Assembly: GCA_038816475.1 (NCBI GenBank)
Contig: JAWBAI010000011.1
Location: 1,880-38,699, forward strand
Source of the DNA: Desulfurococcaceae archaeon
Lineage (GTDB): Archaea > Thermoproteota > Thermoprotei_A > Sulfolobales > Desulfurococcaceae
Direction of reading: 5' to 3'
DNA length: 36,820 nt
In this document: in pieces, positions 7,617-17,410 of the stretch
Layout of the letters: each line of letters begins with the position of its first letter
How positions within the stretch are numbered: position 1 is the stretch's first letter
Notes under the pieces: generated by a model
Seen by the model: the letters and a program-made list of their open reading frames with translations, nothing else
What the model was told of the DNA's origin: nothing
Database searches by the model: none
Position numbers and translations under genes: made by a program

Positions 7617-9428
7617 TTACTTTTCGATAACGTAGTCTGGTACGACCTCGGGTAACCCCGTTCTCCTAGCGTACCACTTGTTTAGCAGTCTGTGCGCTAT
7701 CACTAGTATTGCAATGCCTAAGAGCAGTAGAGGTACTCCAATGTATTCGAACGGGTAGAGTGAGACCGCGGCAGCCATCAACAGGTACAGTACTATGGAG
7801 ACACCTGCTGCTAGTGTACCGTAAGGTATTTGCGTTGCAACGTGGTCTATGTGATCTGCTCCACTGAACATAGAGGACATTATCGTAGTATCGCTAATGG
7901 GTGATACGTGGTCTCCGTATATTCCACCTCCGAACACAGCACCTATGGATGCAGCTGTTACGATGTGTGCTAGTGTTGCGTTGCCTGTTTGAGTTATGGT
8001 TGCTATCCATGCTAGTGGAACAGCTATTGGCATCATAACACCGAAGGTACCCCAGCTTGTACCTGTGGTGTACGAGATGAACATTGAAACAAGGAATACT
8101 AGTAGTGGTATTAGAACAACAGGTATTACACCAACTGTTTTAGCAATAACGTAGTCTGCTGTTCCAACGGCATCAGTAGCCGATTTAATACTCCAAGCTA
8201 ACAGTAGAATAGCATTAGCATAGGTCATTAGGTAGAAGCCCTTCACCGTGTACTCCATGGCCTCCCTGAAGCTAAGAGCTCGTTGTGCGAGAACACCTAT
8301 AAGAGCTACGAAGTAGCCAGCAAAACTACCCCAGAGCAGTGCAGCTGCTGCATCCGACTCCATTAATGCATCAGCGAAGCCAACCTGCCACCAGGCTACA
8401 TATTCACCTGTTTCCTCGGCTATTCTTTCTGCAACAGCTTCTCCACCCGTGTACCACAAGCCTATCATAGTTACAACTACGAGAGCTAAAACAGATGCAG
8501 CAAACACCCATGCAGATGTTCTTCTCCTAGGTTTAACTTCTCCGAGAACGGTCTCCGTTGGCATAAGCGGTGTTGCACCATCTCTCAATACCTTACCAGT
8601 TTCGTAGCATCTTACCTCCGCTTTCAGCATTGGACCAAAGTGTCTTCTGGTTAGAACAACTATGAATACGAGTGCAATAGCTAGTATTGAGTAAAAGTGG
8701 AACTGCAGAGAGCTTAACCACATAGGATACTCTCTTACAGTTGGTGCCAAAGGAATCTTGCCCTCGGTCTCCATTTCAATAAGCTTGTCAAGACTTTCTT
8801 TGATTAAGCCAACTTCGTAACCTATCCATGTGGATACAAGCATTATGCCGGCTACTGGTGCAGCCGTTGAGTCTACGATGTAGCTGAGCAGTTCTCTGCT
8901 TACTCTAGTTCTATCTGTAAGAGGCCTCATAGCATTACCAACTATAACAGTGTTAGAGTAGTCGTCGAAGAACACGATTACTCCGAGAAGAGATGTTGCT
9001 AATCCAGCGCTTCTAGCGGATCTGACTCTTCTACTAAGTCTATCCGCTACATCGTGAAGAGCTCCCGATGTGAACAGTACTCCAACGAATGCTCCAATTA
9101 TAAAGTCGAACAAGAGAATCTTAGCGTTCCAGCTATCAATGGTGTTCTCAATAAGCCAGTTGAAGGTTTGAAGTGTAGCTGAAACAGGGTTGTATCCAAC
9201 GTACATTAGTGCTCCAATCCATACACCTATGAAGAGCGAGGGTAGAACCTGACCTGTTAGCATAGCTAGTGATATAGCAACTAGTGGTGGAAGAAGGGGA
9301 AAGGTCACGTAGGTGAATCTCTTCTCCTCCGGCATGAACTCTGCTTCAGGTGGTGCAAAGGCTGCAAACCCTATTACTAACACCAACAGAATGACCACTA
9401 GCTTCCAGGTTTGAACACTGCTAGGCAT
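7617..9428 (-). CDS. Na+/H+ antiporter NhaC-family transporter (possibly an amino-acid carrier)
   Basis: Many TM helices; FFDDYSN, YIVDSTAAP, TGTSWGTFG and GDHVSPISDTTIMSS motifs. Confidence 0.9.
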   Translation of the reverse strand: MPSSVQTWKLVVILLVLVIGFAAFAPPEAEFMPEEKRFTYVTFPLLPPLVAISLAMLTGQVLPSLFIGVWIGALMYVGYNPVSATLQTFNWLIENTIDSWNAKILLFDFIIGAFVGVLFTSGALHDVADRLSRRVRSARSAGLATSLLGVIVFFDDYSNTVIVGNAMRPLTDRTRVSRELLSYIVDSTAAPVAGIMLVSTWIGYEVGLIKESLDKLIEMETEGKIPLAPTVREYPMWLSSLQFHFYSILAIALVFIVVLTRRHFGPMLKAEVRCYETGKVLRDGATPLMPTETVLGEVKPRRRTSAWVFAASVLALVVVTMIGLWYTGGEAVAERIAEETGEYVAWWQVGFADALMESDAAAALLWGSFAGYFVALIGVLAQRALSFREAMEYTVKGFYLMTYANAILLLAWSIKSATDAVGTADYVIAKTVGVIPVVLIPLLVFLVSMFISYTTGTSWGTFGVMMPIAVPLAWIATITQTGNATLAHIVTAASIGAVFGGGIYGDHVSPISDTTIMSSMFSGADHIDHVATQIPYGTLAAGVSIVLYLLMAAAVSLYPFEYIGVPLLLLGIAILVIAHRLLNKWYARRTGLPEVVPDYVIEK

Positions 9429-9629
9429 TCAAACACCCGCTTAAAAAGTTATAGTACACTCAGCCTTATAAGGATCTCGAGACCAACAATATAAGGATCA
9501 ACTGCGAGAACATTCGAGAACTTCTTCGATAATGGTATCATCCAGTGACTTTCGTGTTGATCTCTTTGCTTAAACAGAGTGTTCATCGATATTAACCATG
9601 AGAAATAAACAACTTGAATACCCCGAGGC

Positions 9630-9656
9630 TCAGAGTGGAGAGCGATCGCTCATCAC
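9630..9656 (-). ncRNA. Possible single-guide C/D unit or K-turn
   Basis: Perfect GTGATGA - 16 nt - CTGA in an intergenic region; no convincing second box pair. Confidence 0.3.
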
Positions 9657-9781
9657 CAAATTGAGCGTTATTAATCGTGTCAATGCACTTACCAAGCTCA
9701 CTAATAAGCGTGCTTATTAACCCCGAGCATGGTAGCTTGCATTGTACTGTATCGCCTCCCAGAAGCTATGGGATGCGGTGG

Positions 9782-10882
9782 ATGCTTACAGATGTGAGTT
9801 CTCTGATTAACCGGATAGTCGAAAACCTCAGGAAAATCTCCAGCCAAGTCGATTGTGCTGTAGCGTGTGTCAGCGGAGGTGTTGATAGCACGGTATCAGC
9901 AGTTCTAGCTAAAATGGTTCTCGGCGATAAAGTACACCCAGTGTTTATTGATACAGGGTTCATGAGATCAAATGAGGCAATGAGAGTCGTGGAATCGCTT
10001 AAGGAACTACTCAAGATCGAAGTTTACGACTTCTCGGAGAGCTTTGTATCAAGGCTAGAGGAGATTTCGGATGCAGAAGAGAAACGTAGAGTGTTCAGAG
10101 GTCTCTTCTATGAAGCGGTGAAGTCCATTGCTAGTGAGAAGGGGTGTAGCTGGATAGTTCAGGGAACTATAAAAGCTGATGTTGTTGAAACCCTGAGTAA
10201 ACTTAAAACTCAACACAACGTTTTAGATAAGCAAATGCTTGAGAAGTACGGGTTTAAGGTCATAGAACCCTTAGTAGACCTGTACAAGCATGAGGTTAGA
10301 GCTGTAGCAGAGCACCTGAACATTCCAAAGGCGATAACTCATAGACAGCCATTTCCTGGACCCGGTTTGCTCGTTAGAGCTGTTGGAAAACCAACTAGAG
10401 AGAAGATCAGGATCGTTAGAGAACTAACCGACATCGTTGAAAACCTCCTGAGTGGTAAAGGGTTCAGCCAGTACTTCCCTGCTGTATGGGAGTACAGGGT
10501 TCAGGACACCGTGAGAAGAGGCGATCTCGAGTACTGGGTGTTCGACGTGAAAGTTACAGGTGTAACAAGCGGTAGGAGAACATATGGTCATCCCGTGGTT
10601 GTTTCGAGTTGGCCTTCCAGCATGGACATGTATGACGTATACAAGCTCGTGAACACCGAAGATCATCCACATGTACTTGTAAAGCTTCATGAGAAAACCA
10701 GTGGTTCATACGTAACCGCTCTCAGAGTGGTTAAAACCGTGGATTTCATGACAGCAGAGGTTCCGCGAGTAAACCCAGGTGAGCTCAGGGAGCTGGTGCA
10801 AGCGATTTCAGAGCACCCGGAGATCCGATTAATGGCCTTGGATGTGACCCCGAAACCACCAGCAACCATAGAGTACGAGTAA
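9782..10882 (+). CDS. guaAB: GMP synthase, ATP-pyrophosphatase subunit B
   Basis: SGGVDS PP-loop, DTGFMR, QGTIKAD, KTQHN, RQPFPGPGL, DVTPKPPATIEYE C-terminus; no glutaminase domain. Start estimated at ATG 9782. Confidence 0.9.
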   Translation: MLTDVSSLINRIVENLRKISSQVDCAVACVSGGVDSTVSAVLAKMVLGDKVHPVFIDTGFMRSNEAMRVVESLKELLKIEVYDFSESFVSRLEEISDAEEKRRVFRGLFYEAVKSIASEKGCSWIVQGTIKADVVETLSKLKTQHNVLDKQMLEKYGFKVIEPLVDLYKHEVRAVAEHLNIPKAITHRQPFPGPGLLVRAVGKPTREKIRIVRELTDIVENLLSGKGFSQYFPAVWEYRVQDTVRRGDLEYWVFDVKVTGVTSGRRTYGHPVVVSSWPSSMDMYDVYKLVNTEDHPHVLVKLHEKTSGSYVTALRVVKTVDFMTAEVPRVNPGELRELVQAISEHPEIRLMALDVTPKPPATIEYE

Positions 10883-11019
10883 GCCAGCTAAGATAAAAGC
10901 TCGAAATCACCCCTGCTCGCTACGAACACCTATATTCTCGTCGTTTAGCCTTGTGTTAGCGTTGCAGCTCGGCTTTCTATGCATGAGCTTTAATTACAAC
11001 CACGAAATCTCCCATCACT

Positions 11020-11652
<633 letters not shown>

Positions 11653-11777
11653 CTAGCTTTAAACCATCTTACGTTATTCAGTTAGGATGTACAGCATTTA
11701 TATAAACAGTGGATACGACCGTAGGGGAGTGTAAAAATGATCGTCGGTGAAAAAGTAACCGCGATTATTGAAAAGAA

Positions 11778-12425
11778 CTAGAGCTTAGCAACTTGCAGTG
11801 TGGATAGCTTTTGCCTTTTCGCTATCGAAGAACCTAGTGCTATGTACAGAAGAATCAGTGCTACAGCAATTAATATAGAAAAGAATATTCCTAGTATAGC
11901 TAGAATACCGATGACTAAGTACAGTGTTTCACCCTCGAGATCCTTGAGCTTAAAGGCTAGAACTACTAATCCGATGTGTCCTAAAAGTATCAAAATACCT
12001 GATATAACAAGAGTTACAATACCTACTAGAACAAAGAGTAATGGTACACTTACAATAGCGAGTATTATACCCCAAAAATACCCTAACTTAAATAACGTTC
12101 GCGATGTGGAGAACTCCGGGTTCACGCTAGCTAGCATATCAACCCCCGGTAGGAAATCCTTCCACAATCCAACTAGAGCAATTATTCCAGCAACGATCAT
12201 TATTACGAGGAAAACCGCCATAGTGGTCAATAGCTCGAAAAAGCTCCTAATAAGTCCACGTCCAAAGCCGAAGCCTACCACAGCTGTGAGTATTGAACCT
12301 AAAAACACCATTAACCCAACCGCTGCGATTATCCAGCCCACGAACACGAGTAGTAAACCTTTCCTCATCCTAGTGTATGCGTTAATGTAGTCCTGGTGCT
12401 TTGCTTCCAAAGGGCTTTGTTCCAT
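11778..12425 (-). CDS. Multi-pass membrane protein (DUF973-like)
   Basis: About 5 hydrophobic segments; ATG at 12425 after GAGGTG. Family assignment is tentative. Confidence 0.6.
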   Translation of the reverse strand: MEQSPLEAKHQDYINAYTRMRKGLLLVFVGWIIAAVGLMVFLGSILTAVVGFGFGRGLIRSFFELLTTMAVFLVIMIVAGIIALVGLWKDFLPGVDMLASVNPEFSTSRTLFKLGYFWGIILAIVSVPLLFVLVGIVTLVISGILILLGHIGLVVLAFKLKDLEGETLYLVIGILAILGIFFSILIAVALILLYIALGSSIAKRQKLSTLQVAKL

Positions 12426-12519
12426 GTACTGCACCTCGTTTGCACTTATGATCTACATAGCTTAAGTATTTAAGGATTCACAATCGCATGACTCAGCACA
12501 CTGGATCCTTCAAAGATCC

Positions 12520-12798
12520 TTACCGTGAAGAGTGAATGAGTAAAAAGCTGTTAGGGGTAACAAGGGTTTCGCTGAATCCTCCTCTCAAAAGCCTGACGAT
12601 CCTTAACTCAGCGTCCGTGCAAACCTTGCTGAAAACATCAACGATTTTACCATTAACAATGGTTGCAACCGCTTCAAAGTCCACGGGGGTACGACAGTGC
12701 AAAGCTGTTTTTCTCACAAGCTCGTGTACTACTAAGCAGTTTTCCACTTCGAAGCAGACTCTGCAGTTGGAACCTACAATCTCTGCGCAAATCTTCAA
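12520..12798 (-). CDS. MoaD/ThiS/SAMP-like ubiquitin-fold protein with C-terminal extension after GG
   Basis: IVNGK ... ELRIVRLLRGG followed by 18 extra residues; start directly abuts the oxidoreductase stop codon. Confidence 0.7.
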   Translation of the reverse strand: MKICAEIVGSNCRVCFEVENCLVVHELVRKTALHCRTPVDFEAVATIVNGKIVDVFSKVCTDAELRIVRLLRGGFSETLVTPNSFLLIHSSR

Positions 12799-14628
12799 CT
12801 AGATCAGCTCTAGTAGGTGCTTGAACTCGCTTAAACCAAGTTTATCGAGAGTTTCCGGTTTCGGAACACCTGTTTCACTCCAGCCAAGTTCCTCGTAGTA
12901 CTTTCTGAGGCTTTCTCTTACACGGTCCTTGTCAACGGTTTGACCTTTGTAGGGTCCTGATGGTAACGGCTCGTAGAACCTTGGTGGATTATCATCGTGG
13001 ATCATCGGGTTCCACTTAACGTCTGGTCCCCCAATGAGTAGAAGTATCCTCTGAAGTGCTATAGTTCTGAAACCAGCGTCGTAGAGTCCATCGACTCCTT
13101 TACCCCAGCCAGTAACAACCTCCATGAACTCTGCTAATGCCTTATCACCGGGGTCCAGGAACATGCATACTACAGCACTGTCAAGTACAGCTGCCCACGC
13201 TTCAGACTCCGTTGACTTTGCTGGTAAACCAGCTACACTCGTGTGATCTCCGCCTTGAACAGAGCCTGCGTACGCTATGAGCTGAGGATAGTCTTTTCCG
13301 CTTCTTACACCGTGTGCTCCTACGCCAACCCCTTTGACTTGCACAGCGTACTTGAGAGCATCTATGCCCTTTGCTTCGGAGATCCACTTGGCAAACCTGT
13401 AGGTGCCTTCAGCTAGTAGATTTCCAATGCCTCTTCTGTAGGCTATGTCGTAGAGCAGTTTCTCGAGATTACTTGTATCACCCCATTTAAGCTCGTAGCC
13501 AACATCCTCGCGCGTTAGTACTCCACGCTCGTAGAGTTCTACGGCTAATCCAACCACGTTTCCTGTTTGAATACCGCATAGTCCAAGGTCGTCGGCGACA
13601 GCTGAAAGCCTTGTAGCGTCCTCTGGTTCTAGAATCCCTAGGTTTGATCCCATGTAAGCCGACATCTCGTAGTCAGGTCCATCTGTGACGTAAAGTCTAC
13701 CGTGATTTTTAACAACGCTGATCTTCATGCACCCTACAGGACACCCGTGGTCAGCCCACGGGTTCTTAAACCATACCTTCTCCTCGAAACCCGAAGGAGA
13801 GAAGTCCTTTTTATCGTGGTACTCTTCTTGCCAGTTCCTAACTGGAATACTGCTAGTGTAGTAACCGCAGTACCATGTTCCACTGGTTGTTCCCCACTGC
13901 CTGAACCTTAGTAGTCTCCTGTTAAGATTCAGTAGTGTTTCTCTCCACAGAGACTGGTACCTCTCGAAGTCTGCTACGGGTGGAAGAGGACCGTGACCTT
14001 TGACTAGTATTGCTTTAAGCTTCTTGGATCCCATGACGGCGCCGTATCCTCCGTAACCAGCTGCATGCGTTAACTTGGACATTACTACCGATGTTCTAAC
14101 CTTGTTCTCACCAGCTGGTCCAATGTAGATGTATGCTGGTGGCTTCTCTAATCCATGCTCCTTTCTCGATAGTTCAGCTATCTTCTCAACTAAGATTCTA
14201 CCGGTTAATCCCCAGAGGTCACCGGCGTCCCTGACCTCTACTCTACTGTCCTCGATGTAGATGTATACGGGTTTTTCACCAGCGTTCTTAACTACGAGTG
14301 CGTCGTATCCTGCCGCTTTGAGCTCTACAGCAACCTCGCTTGAGACGGCGGAGCCGATTACACCGCAGGACTGTGGAGACTTACCCGATATTACCATTTT
14401 TACACCGGGGTAGTAGCCTGTGAGAGGTCCTGTAGCAACAATCAGTGGGTTCTCCGGTGAGAGGGGGTCCAGCTTGCTCCACTTTCTACCGTAGTTCTTT
14501 GCGAGGTAGTATACAGCGAATCCTCTACCACCCAGGAACTTCTCGTATACTTCGCTATCGATTTGAACTACTTTATGAGATCCCGAGGACAGGTCTACTT
14601 CAAGTATTCTACCGTGAACTCCCTTCAC
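12799..14628 (-). CDS. Tungsten-containing aldehyde:ferredoxin oxidoreductase family enzyme, WOR5-like large subunit
   Basis: FLGGRG, KSP, HAAGYGGYGAVMGSKKLKA, GCPVGC, GPDYE, DDLG and GGDHT motifs; closely resembles Pyrococcus WOR5L as recalled. Confidence 0.9.
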   Translation of the reverse strand: MKGVHGRILEVDLSSGSHKVVQIDSEVYEKFLGGRGFAVYYLAKNYGRKWSKLDPLSPENPLIVATGPLTGYYPGVKMVISGKSPQSCGVIGSAVSSEVAVELKAAGYDALVVKNAGEKPVYIYIEDSRVEVRDAGDLWGLTGRILVEKIAELSRKEHGLEKPPAYIYIGPAGENKVRTSVVMSKLTHAAGYGGYGAVMGSKKLKAILVKGHGPLPPVADFERYQSLWRETLLNLNRRLLRFRQWGTTSGTWYCGYYTSSIPVRNWQEEYHDKKDFSPSGFEEKVWFKNPWADHGCPVGCMKISVVKNHGRLYVTDGPDYEMSAYMGSNLGILEPEDATRLSAVADDLGLCGIQTGNVVGLAVELYERGVLTREDVGYELKWGDTSNLEKLLYDIAYRRGIGNLLAEGTYRFAKWISEAKGIDALKYAVQVKGVGVGAHGVRSGKDYPQLIAYAGSVQGGDHTSVAGLPAKSTESEAWAAVLDSAVVCMFLDPGDKALAEFMEVVTGWGKGVDGLYDAGFRTIALQRILLLIGGPDVKWNPMIHDDNPPRFYEPLPSGPYKGQTVDKDRVRESLRKYYEELGWSETGVPKPETLDKLGLSEFKHLLELI

Positions 14629-15125
14629 TCTGAACCACCAAGGATTACTCTACGGTAGATCACAAGGGACTTGGCAAAGGGGTCTCTTAGAGTAGTTTTC
14701 GAGATCATGCCTTCGGGCTTAGTAGCAAGCTTGAGTGCACCGTAGCCTACTTCGTTGCATATTTTCACGCATTGTGGATCTCCCTCGCAGAGATCGCATA
14801 TCAGAACATACCCTTTGCCTGGTACTATTCTCGGAACTCCGGCTGGGCAAACCGCTTTGCATGCACCGCACAGGGTGCACTTAGATTCCTCAACAACAAC
14901 AGCTCCTGTTTTCTCGTTCACCCTTAGTGCACCGTAGGGGCACGAGTTCACGCAGGGATAGTCATCGCACTGAGCACATACCAGTGGTACTGGTGCTCCA
15001 GGATAAGGCTCGATCACGGTTATACGTGATGCTGAAGGCCAAACTGTCTTCTCGTGGTGCATGCTGCAGGCAATTTCACAGAGCCTGCAACCAGTGCATC
15101 TGAACACATCAACGAGGATCCACAT
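14625..15125 (-). CDS. 4x[4Fe-4S] ferredoxin-like subunit (WOR5S-like)
   Basis: Four Cys clusters (CTGCRLCEIAC, CAQCDDYPCVNSC, CTLCGACKAVC, CDLCEGDPQCVKIC); 4-nt overlap with the large subunit gene. Confidence 0.9.
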   Translation of the reverse strand: MWILVDVFRCTGCRLCEIACSMHHEKTVWPSASRITVIEPYPGAPVPLVCAQCDDYPCVNSCPYGALRVNEKTGAVVVEESKCTLCGACKAVCPAGVPRIVPGKGYVLICDLCEGDPQCVKICNEVGYGALKLATKPEGMISKTTLRDPFAKSLVIYRRVILGGSE

Positions 15126-15266
15126 GTTCACTCGTTCTTCCAAAGTGCTCACCACTCATACTCATACCGTTGATCAAGAAAATAAAGCACTTCCGTGTCC
15201 TCGAGAAAGACGATCACGAGTATAATAACCCCGAAGGACCATATACCTTCAGGTAAGGTGGTGACC

Positions 15267-16067
15267 TTGGTTCCACTATGGCTACTAGTTGTAGCAGTCC
15301 TAATACTGCTAATTGCTATTCCCATTCTCGCATCTGCAATAAAGATCGTTAAGGAGTACGAAAGAATCGTTGTTTTCAGACTGGGTAGACTCAAGGGTGC
15401 TGTTGGTCCTGGGCTAGTCTTCGTAATACCATTCATTGATACGATCAACCGTGTGGACTTGAGAGTTATAACGGTTGACGTTCCAAAGCAGGAGATCATA
15501 ACAAGAGACAACGTGAGTGTAACCGTTGATGCTGTAGTTTACTATAGGGTTGTAGACCCAGTTGCAGCTGTTACCCGAGTTGCAAACTACCACTACGCTG
15601 TCAGCATGCTAGCTCAAACCGTTCTAAGGGATGTTATCGGGCAAGCAGATCTGGACGATCTTCTCCAGAGAAGAGATGAGCTGAACAAAAGACTCTCCAG
15701 CATACTGGATGAAATGACTATTCCATGGGGTGTTAAGATCTCAGCTGTAACAATAAAAGCTGTTGAACTACCTGAGGAGATGACAAGAGCTATGGCTAAG
15801 CAAGCTGAGGCTGAAAGATGGAGAAGAGCAAGGATCATAGAAGCGGATGGTGAAAGACAAGCAGCAATGATACTAGCTGAAGCAGCTAAGCTATACGAAC
15901 AACACGCTGTTGCATTAAGATTGAGAGAACTTCAAACACTCATAGAAATTGCAAGAGAGAAAGCTCTCGTGGTAGTAACAGAAACAGGTGCAAGAACAGT
16001 AGGAGAAATCGTTGGAGTTCAGAGAGCTATAAGAGAGCACGAGAGGATCGCGGGAGAAAAGGGTTGA
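15267..16067 (+). CDS. SPFH/band-7 stomatin-like (slipin) protein
   Basis: N-terminal TM, EYERIVVFRLG, GPGLVF, AQTVLRDVIG, AEAER coiled coil. Start estimated at TTG 15267 after AGGTGGTGA. Confidence 0.92.
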   Translation: MVPLWLLVVAVLILLIAIPILASAIKIVKEYERIVVFRLGRLKGAVGPGLVFVIPFIDTINRVDLRVITVDVPKQEIITRDNVSVTVDAVVYYRVVDPVAAVTRVANYHYAVSMLAQTVLRDVIGQADLDDLLQRRDELNKRLSSILDEMTIPWGVKISAVTIKAVELPEEMTRAMAKQAEAERWRRARIIEADGERQAAMILAEAAKLYEQHAVALRLRELQTLIEIAREKALVVVTETGARTVGEIVGVQRAIREHERIAGEKG

Positions 16068-17410
16068 AGATCTCTTCAAAGGGCTTTTTAGTACTGCTCT
16101 ATTTCCTTGTTCTCGCACCAATAGTACTTCATAGTATGCCGTACTCTCAGGGCAGTGGTATTAGAGTTGTAAGAGCTGCTCTAGTAGTTGATATTGCACC
16201 ACCATGGGATACAATAGACTCTGGGGTTGCAGAGTGTCTTGTGGATGCTGTTAGATCAGCTGAGGAGAGAGAAGTCGTGCTAATATACAGAGTCAACTCC
16301 TACGGAGGGTACATGGACCCAGCTTTCACAATCGCTGAAGCTGTTTACAGAGCTAGAACAATTACAATAGCCTATGTTGAGAACAAGGCCTTCAGTGCTG
16401 GAACACTTATCATACTACCAGCAGACTACGTAGCTCTTCAGAGAGGCTCAGCCATAGGAGCTATGCAACCGGTACTGGTGAACCCGGTAACCGGTGAAGT
16501 AATGTTCGTGAACGAGTCAAAGATCATTGAGCCGATACTGAACAAGGCTAGGATCTACGCTGAAGCGAAGGGTAGAAACACTACGTTGGTAGAGGAGTTC
16601 ATATATAAAGCTAGAGTAGTCAACTCGAGAGCTGCAGTTGAGCTGGGTATAGCTGATGCAGAAGTAGAAAACTTTGAAGACCTTCTCTCCAGGCTTTACG
16701 GTTTAAGAATAGAAAAGAACGGTGTAATGTACGAGCTTCAGATAACACCTGGAAACGTAGAAGTGTTTCCATGTAGTATTAGATCCAGAGCTTTATCGTT
16801 TCTGTCAAACCCCTACGTATCCAATGTTCTAGTATCAATAGGTGTACTCGCTGTTATATTCGGACTTGTCTCTGGAAAATTAGCGGTTCTACCCCTGGCA
16901 TTAGCCCTGGTGCTACTTGGTCTTGTAGGTGTAGGAATAAACCCCAACATAGTATCGTTCATACTCATGCTACTGGGAGCTGTGCTACTAGCAGTTGAGC
17001 TTTTCGTTCTACCGGGCTTCGGCATCGTAGGTGTTAGTGGCATAGTACTTCTCACACTGGGTTTCGCACTGCTTCCAGCGTACATACCTACGGGTGTTGT
17101 ACCTACCGAGGAGTACGTATTAGCGTTAAGAGCGTTCATTATTACAACTTCACTAATCCTGGGAGGCTTCTTCGGCTTAGTAACGTTTAAGATCGTACAG
17201 GTCAAGAGGAAGAAGCCTATTACCTACACTCCTGAGGGTAAAATTGGAGTAGCTTTGGACAACATAAAGCCGGGTACTACGGGTTTCGTCAAGGTTGAAG
17301 GAGAATACTGGAGAGCTGTAGCTCTAGATGAGATTAAGGCTGGTGAAAGCGTAGTTGTAGTATCCATGAGAGAAGACGGTGTACTCGTGGTCAAGAAAAA
17401 GTCTACCTGA
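16064..17410 (+). CDS. nfeD: NfeD/STOPP membrane-bound ClpP-class serine protease
   Basis: NSYGG, AFSAG (catalytic Ser), IGAMQP, multi-TM middle, C-terminal OB-fold (GFVKVEGEYWRA); coupled to the stomatin gene. Confidence 0.9.
   Translation: MKISSKGFLVLLYFLVLAPIVLHSMPYSQGSGIRVVRAALVVDIAPPWDTIDSGVAECLVDAVRSAEEREVVLIYRVNSYGGYMDPAFTIAEAVYRARTITIAYVENKAFSAGTLIILPADYVALQRGSAIGAMQPVLVNPVTGEVMFVNESKIIEPILNKARIYAEAKGRNTTLVEEFIYKARVVNSRAAVELGIADAEVENFEDLLSRLYGLRIEKNGVMYELQITPGNVEVFPCSIRSRALSFLSNPYVSNVLVSIGVLAVIFGLVSGKLAVLPLALALVLLGLVGVGINPNIVSFILMLLGAVLLAVELFVLPGFGIVGVSGIVLLTLGFALLPAYIPTGVVPTEEYVLALRAFIITTSLILGGFFGLVTFKIVQVKRKKPITYTPEGKIGVALDNIKPGTTGFVKVEGEYWRAVALDEIKAGESVVVVSMREDGVLVVKKKST

Noticed and set aside
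11800-12390. Long antisense ORFs (also 16813-17205, 20072-20437, 29103-29492, 30330-31106 and others)
   Set aside because: They shadow well-supported genes on the opposite strand and have no motifs.
15267-17410. SPFH-NfeD pair as a novel system
   Set aside because: This is the well-described stomatin/STOPP operon.
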